Shown here piece after piece: positions 63,280 to 64,000 of a stretch of DNA of 64,000 nt. Position 1 is the first letter of the stretch; the number at the start of each line of letters is the position of its first letter. A model generated the notes under the pieces. That model was not told the origin of the DNA and made no database searches. It saw only the letters and a program-made list of their open reading frames with translations. The DNA comes from Rhizophagus irregularis (taxonomy: Eukaryota), in NCBI RefSeq assembly GCF_026210795.1, contig NC_089429.1:3844001-3908000 (forward strand), read 5' to 3'. The translations under genes were made by a program, and so were the position numbers.

Positions 63280-64000
63280 TATATTATATGTAATATGATA
63301 TAATAGAAAAATATATAAAATATAATAATAAAATATAAATTATGCCGTAATAAAATATCAATACTAAAATGGTGTTTATTATATAATTAATTTAAGTAAT
63401 TTAATTATATTAATTTCTATTAATCAATTAGCAATAAAAAAATAATGCTTATCGAATACAAGCTGCGTTGAAACTTGTTTAATAAGCACTTAAATTAAAT
63501 ATTCTTAAAGCATTTAATAAATGGTTGGTAAATGCTTAGGTTAACTTCGTGATGATGGTACTGAAAACTTTGTTAGATCTTCAGAATATACGCGATATAA
63601 GTATAAAGAGGCAGGCAAACAGTATCCATGTGATTCGCTGGAAATTAACTATTTCAAATCTGCAGGTATTAATTTCTCAAATTTTAACAATAATTGTGAG
63701 TACGTGCAACGAGTTTTCTGAAACATAAGATAGTATATCATATATCCGTATATTCATATATTCATGTATTCAATAGTTAGCTATATAATACAATAAATCG
63801 ATATACTTTTTACCCACTATACTGCCACGATGCATGTAGTAGAACAGTGTACGACATAAATTAGCACGTTTTCAATCCTCGTTAAAGTATATATGATGTA
63901 ATAGGTGATACACCGCAAATCATCTATCTGCTTGTGCGACAAATTAATTTTCACACATAAGCCCAGAATATTTTGAATTTTTTCCCTATCTATCTGAATA

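Noticed and set aside
63440..63670. Possible coding fragment near the window end
   Set aside because: It is short, contains stops and has no recognisable motif.

Overview
AT-rich, intron-containing eukaryotic DNA. It is inferred to be an arbuscular mycorrhizal fungus (Rhizophagus-like), based on ~60-110 nt GT..CTAAC..AG introns, Crinkler-type genes and a Kolobok-RecQ element. The window is almost entirely nested mobile DNA and decayed accessory genes. 1-16.4 kb: two divergent head-to-head LINEs inside a Tc1/pogo-like host. The + strand LINE is followed by three ~1 kb tRNA-headed non-coding (SINE-like) units. All four elements are separated by copies of one 15-19 bp target duplication (GGAAAAGATTAAAAC x5), which forms a polarised repeat-insert array at a single site; the - strand LINE shows a similar 18 bp duplication. 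16.5-29.5 kb: a CMC-type element containing a Kolobok transposon with a transposase-RecQ helicase fusion, itself hit by two MITEs. 33-38.5 kb: a decayed AEP primase/SF2 helicase gene next to a cryptic tyrosine recombinase/protelomerase-like gene. 38.6-45.3 kb: a retropepsin-like gene split by a CACTA MITE that holds a cargo-carrying hAT, then further nested MITEs. 45-60 kb: LRR, Crinkler, SAM-nuclease, Myb-like and orphan genes, mostly pseudogenes. 61-62.7 kb: a tandem array of about 14 introns with micro-exons. All calls are from manual reading; no database searches were run.
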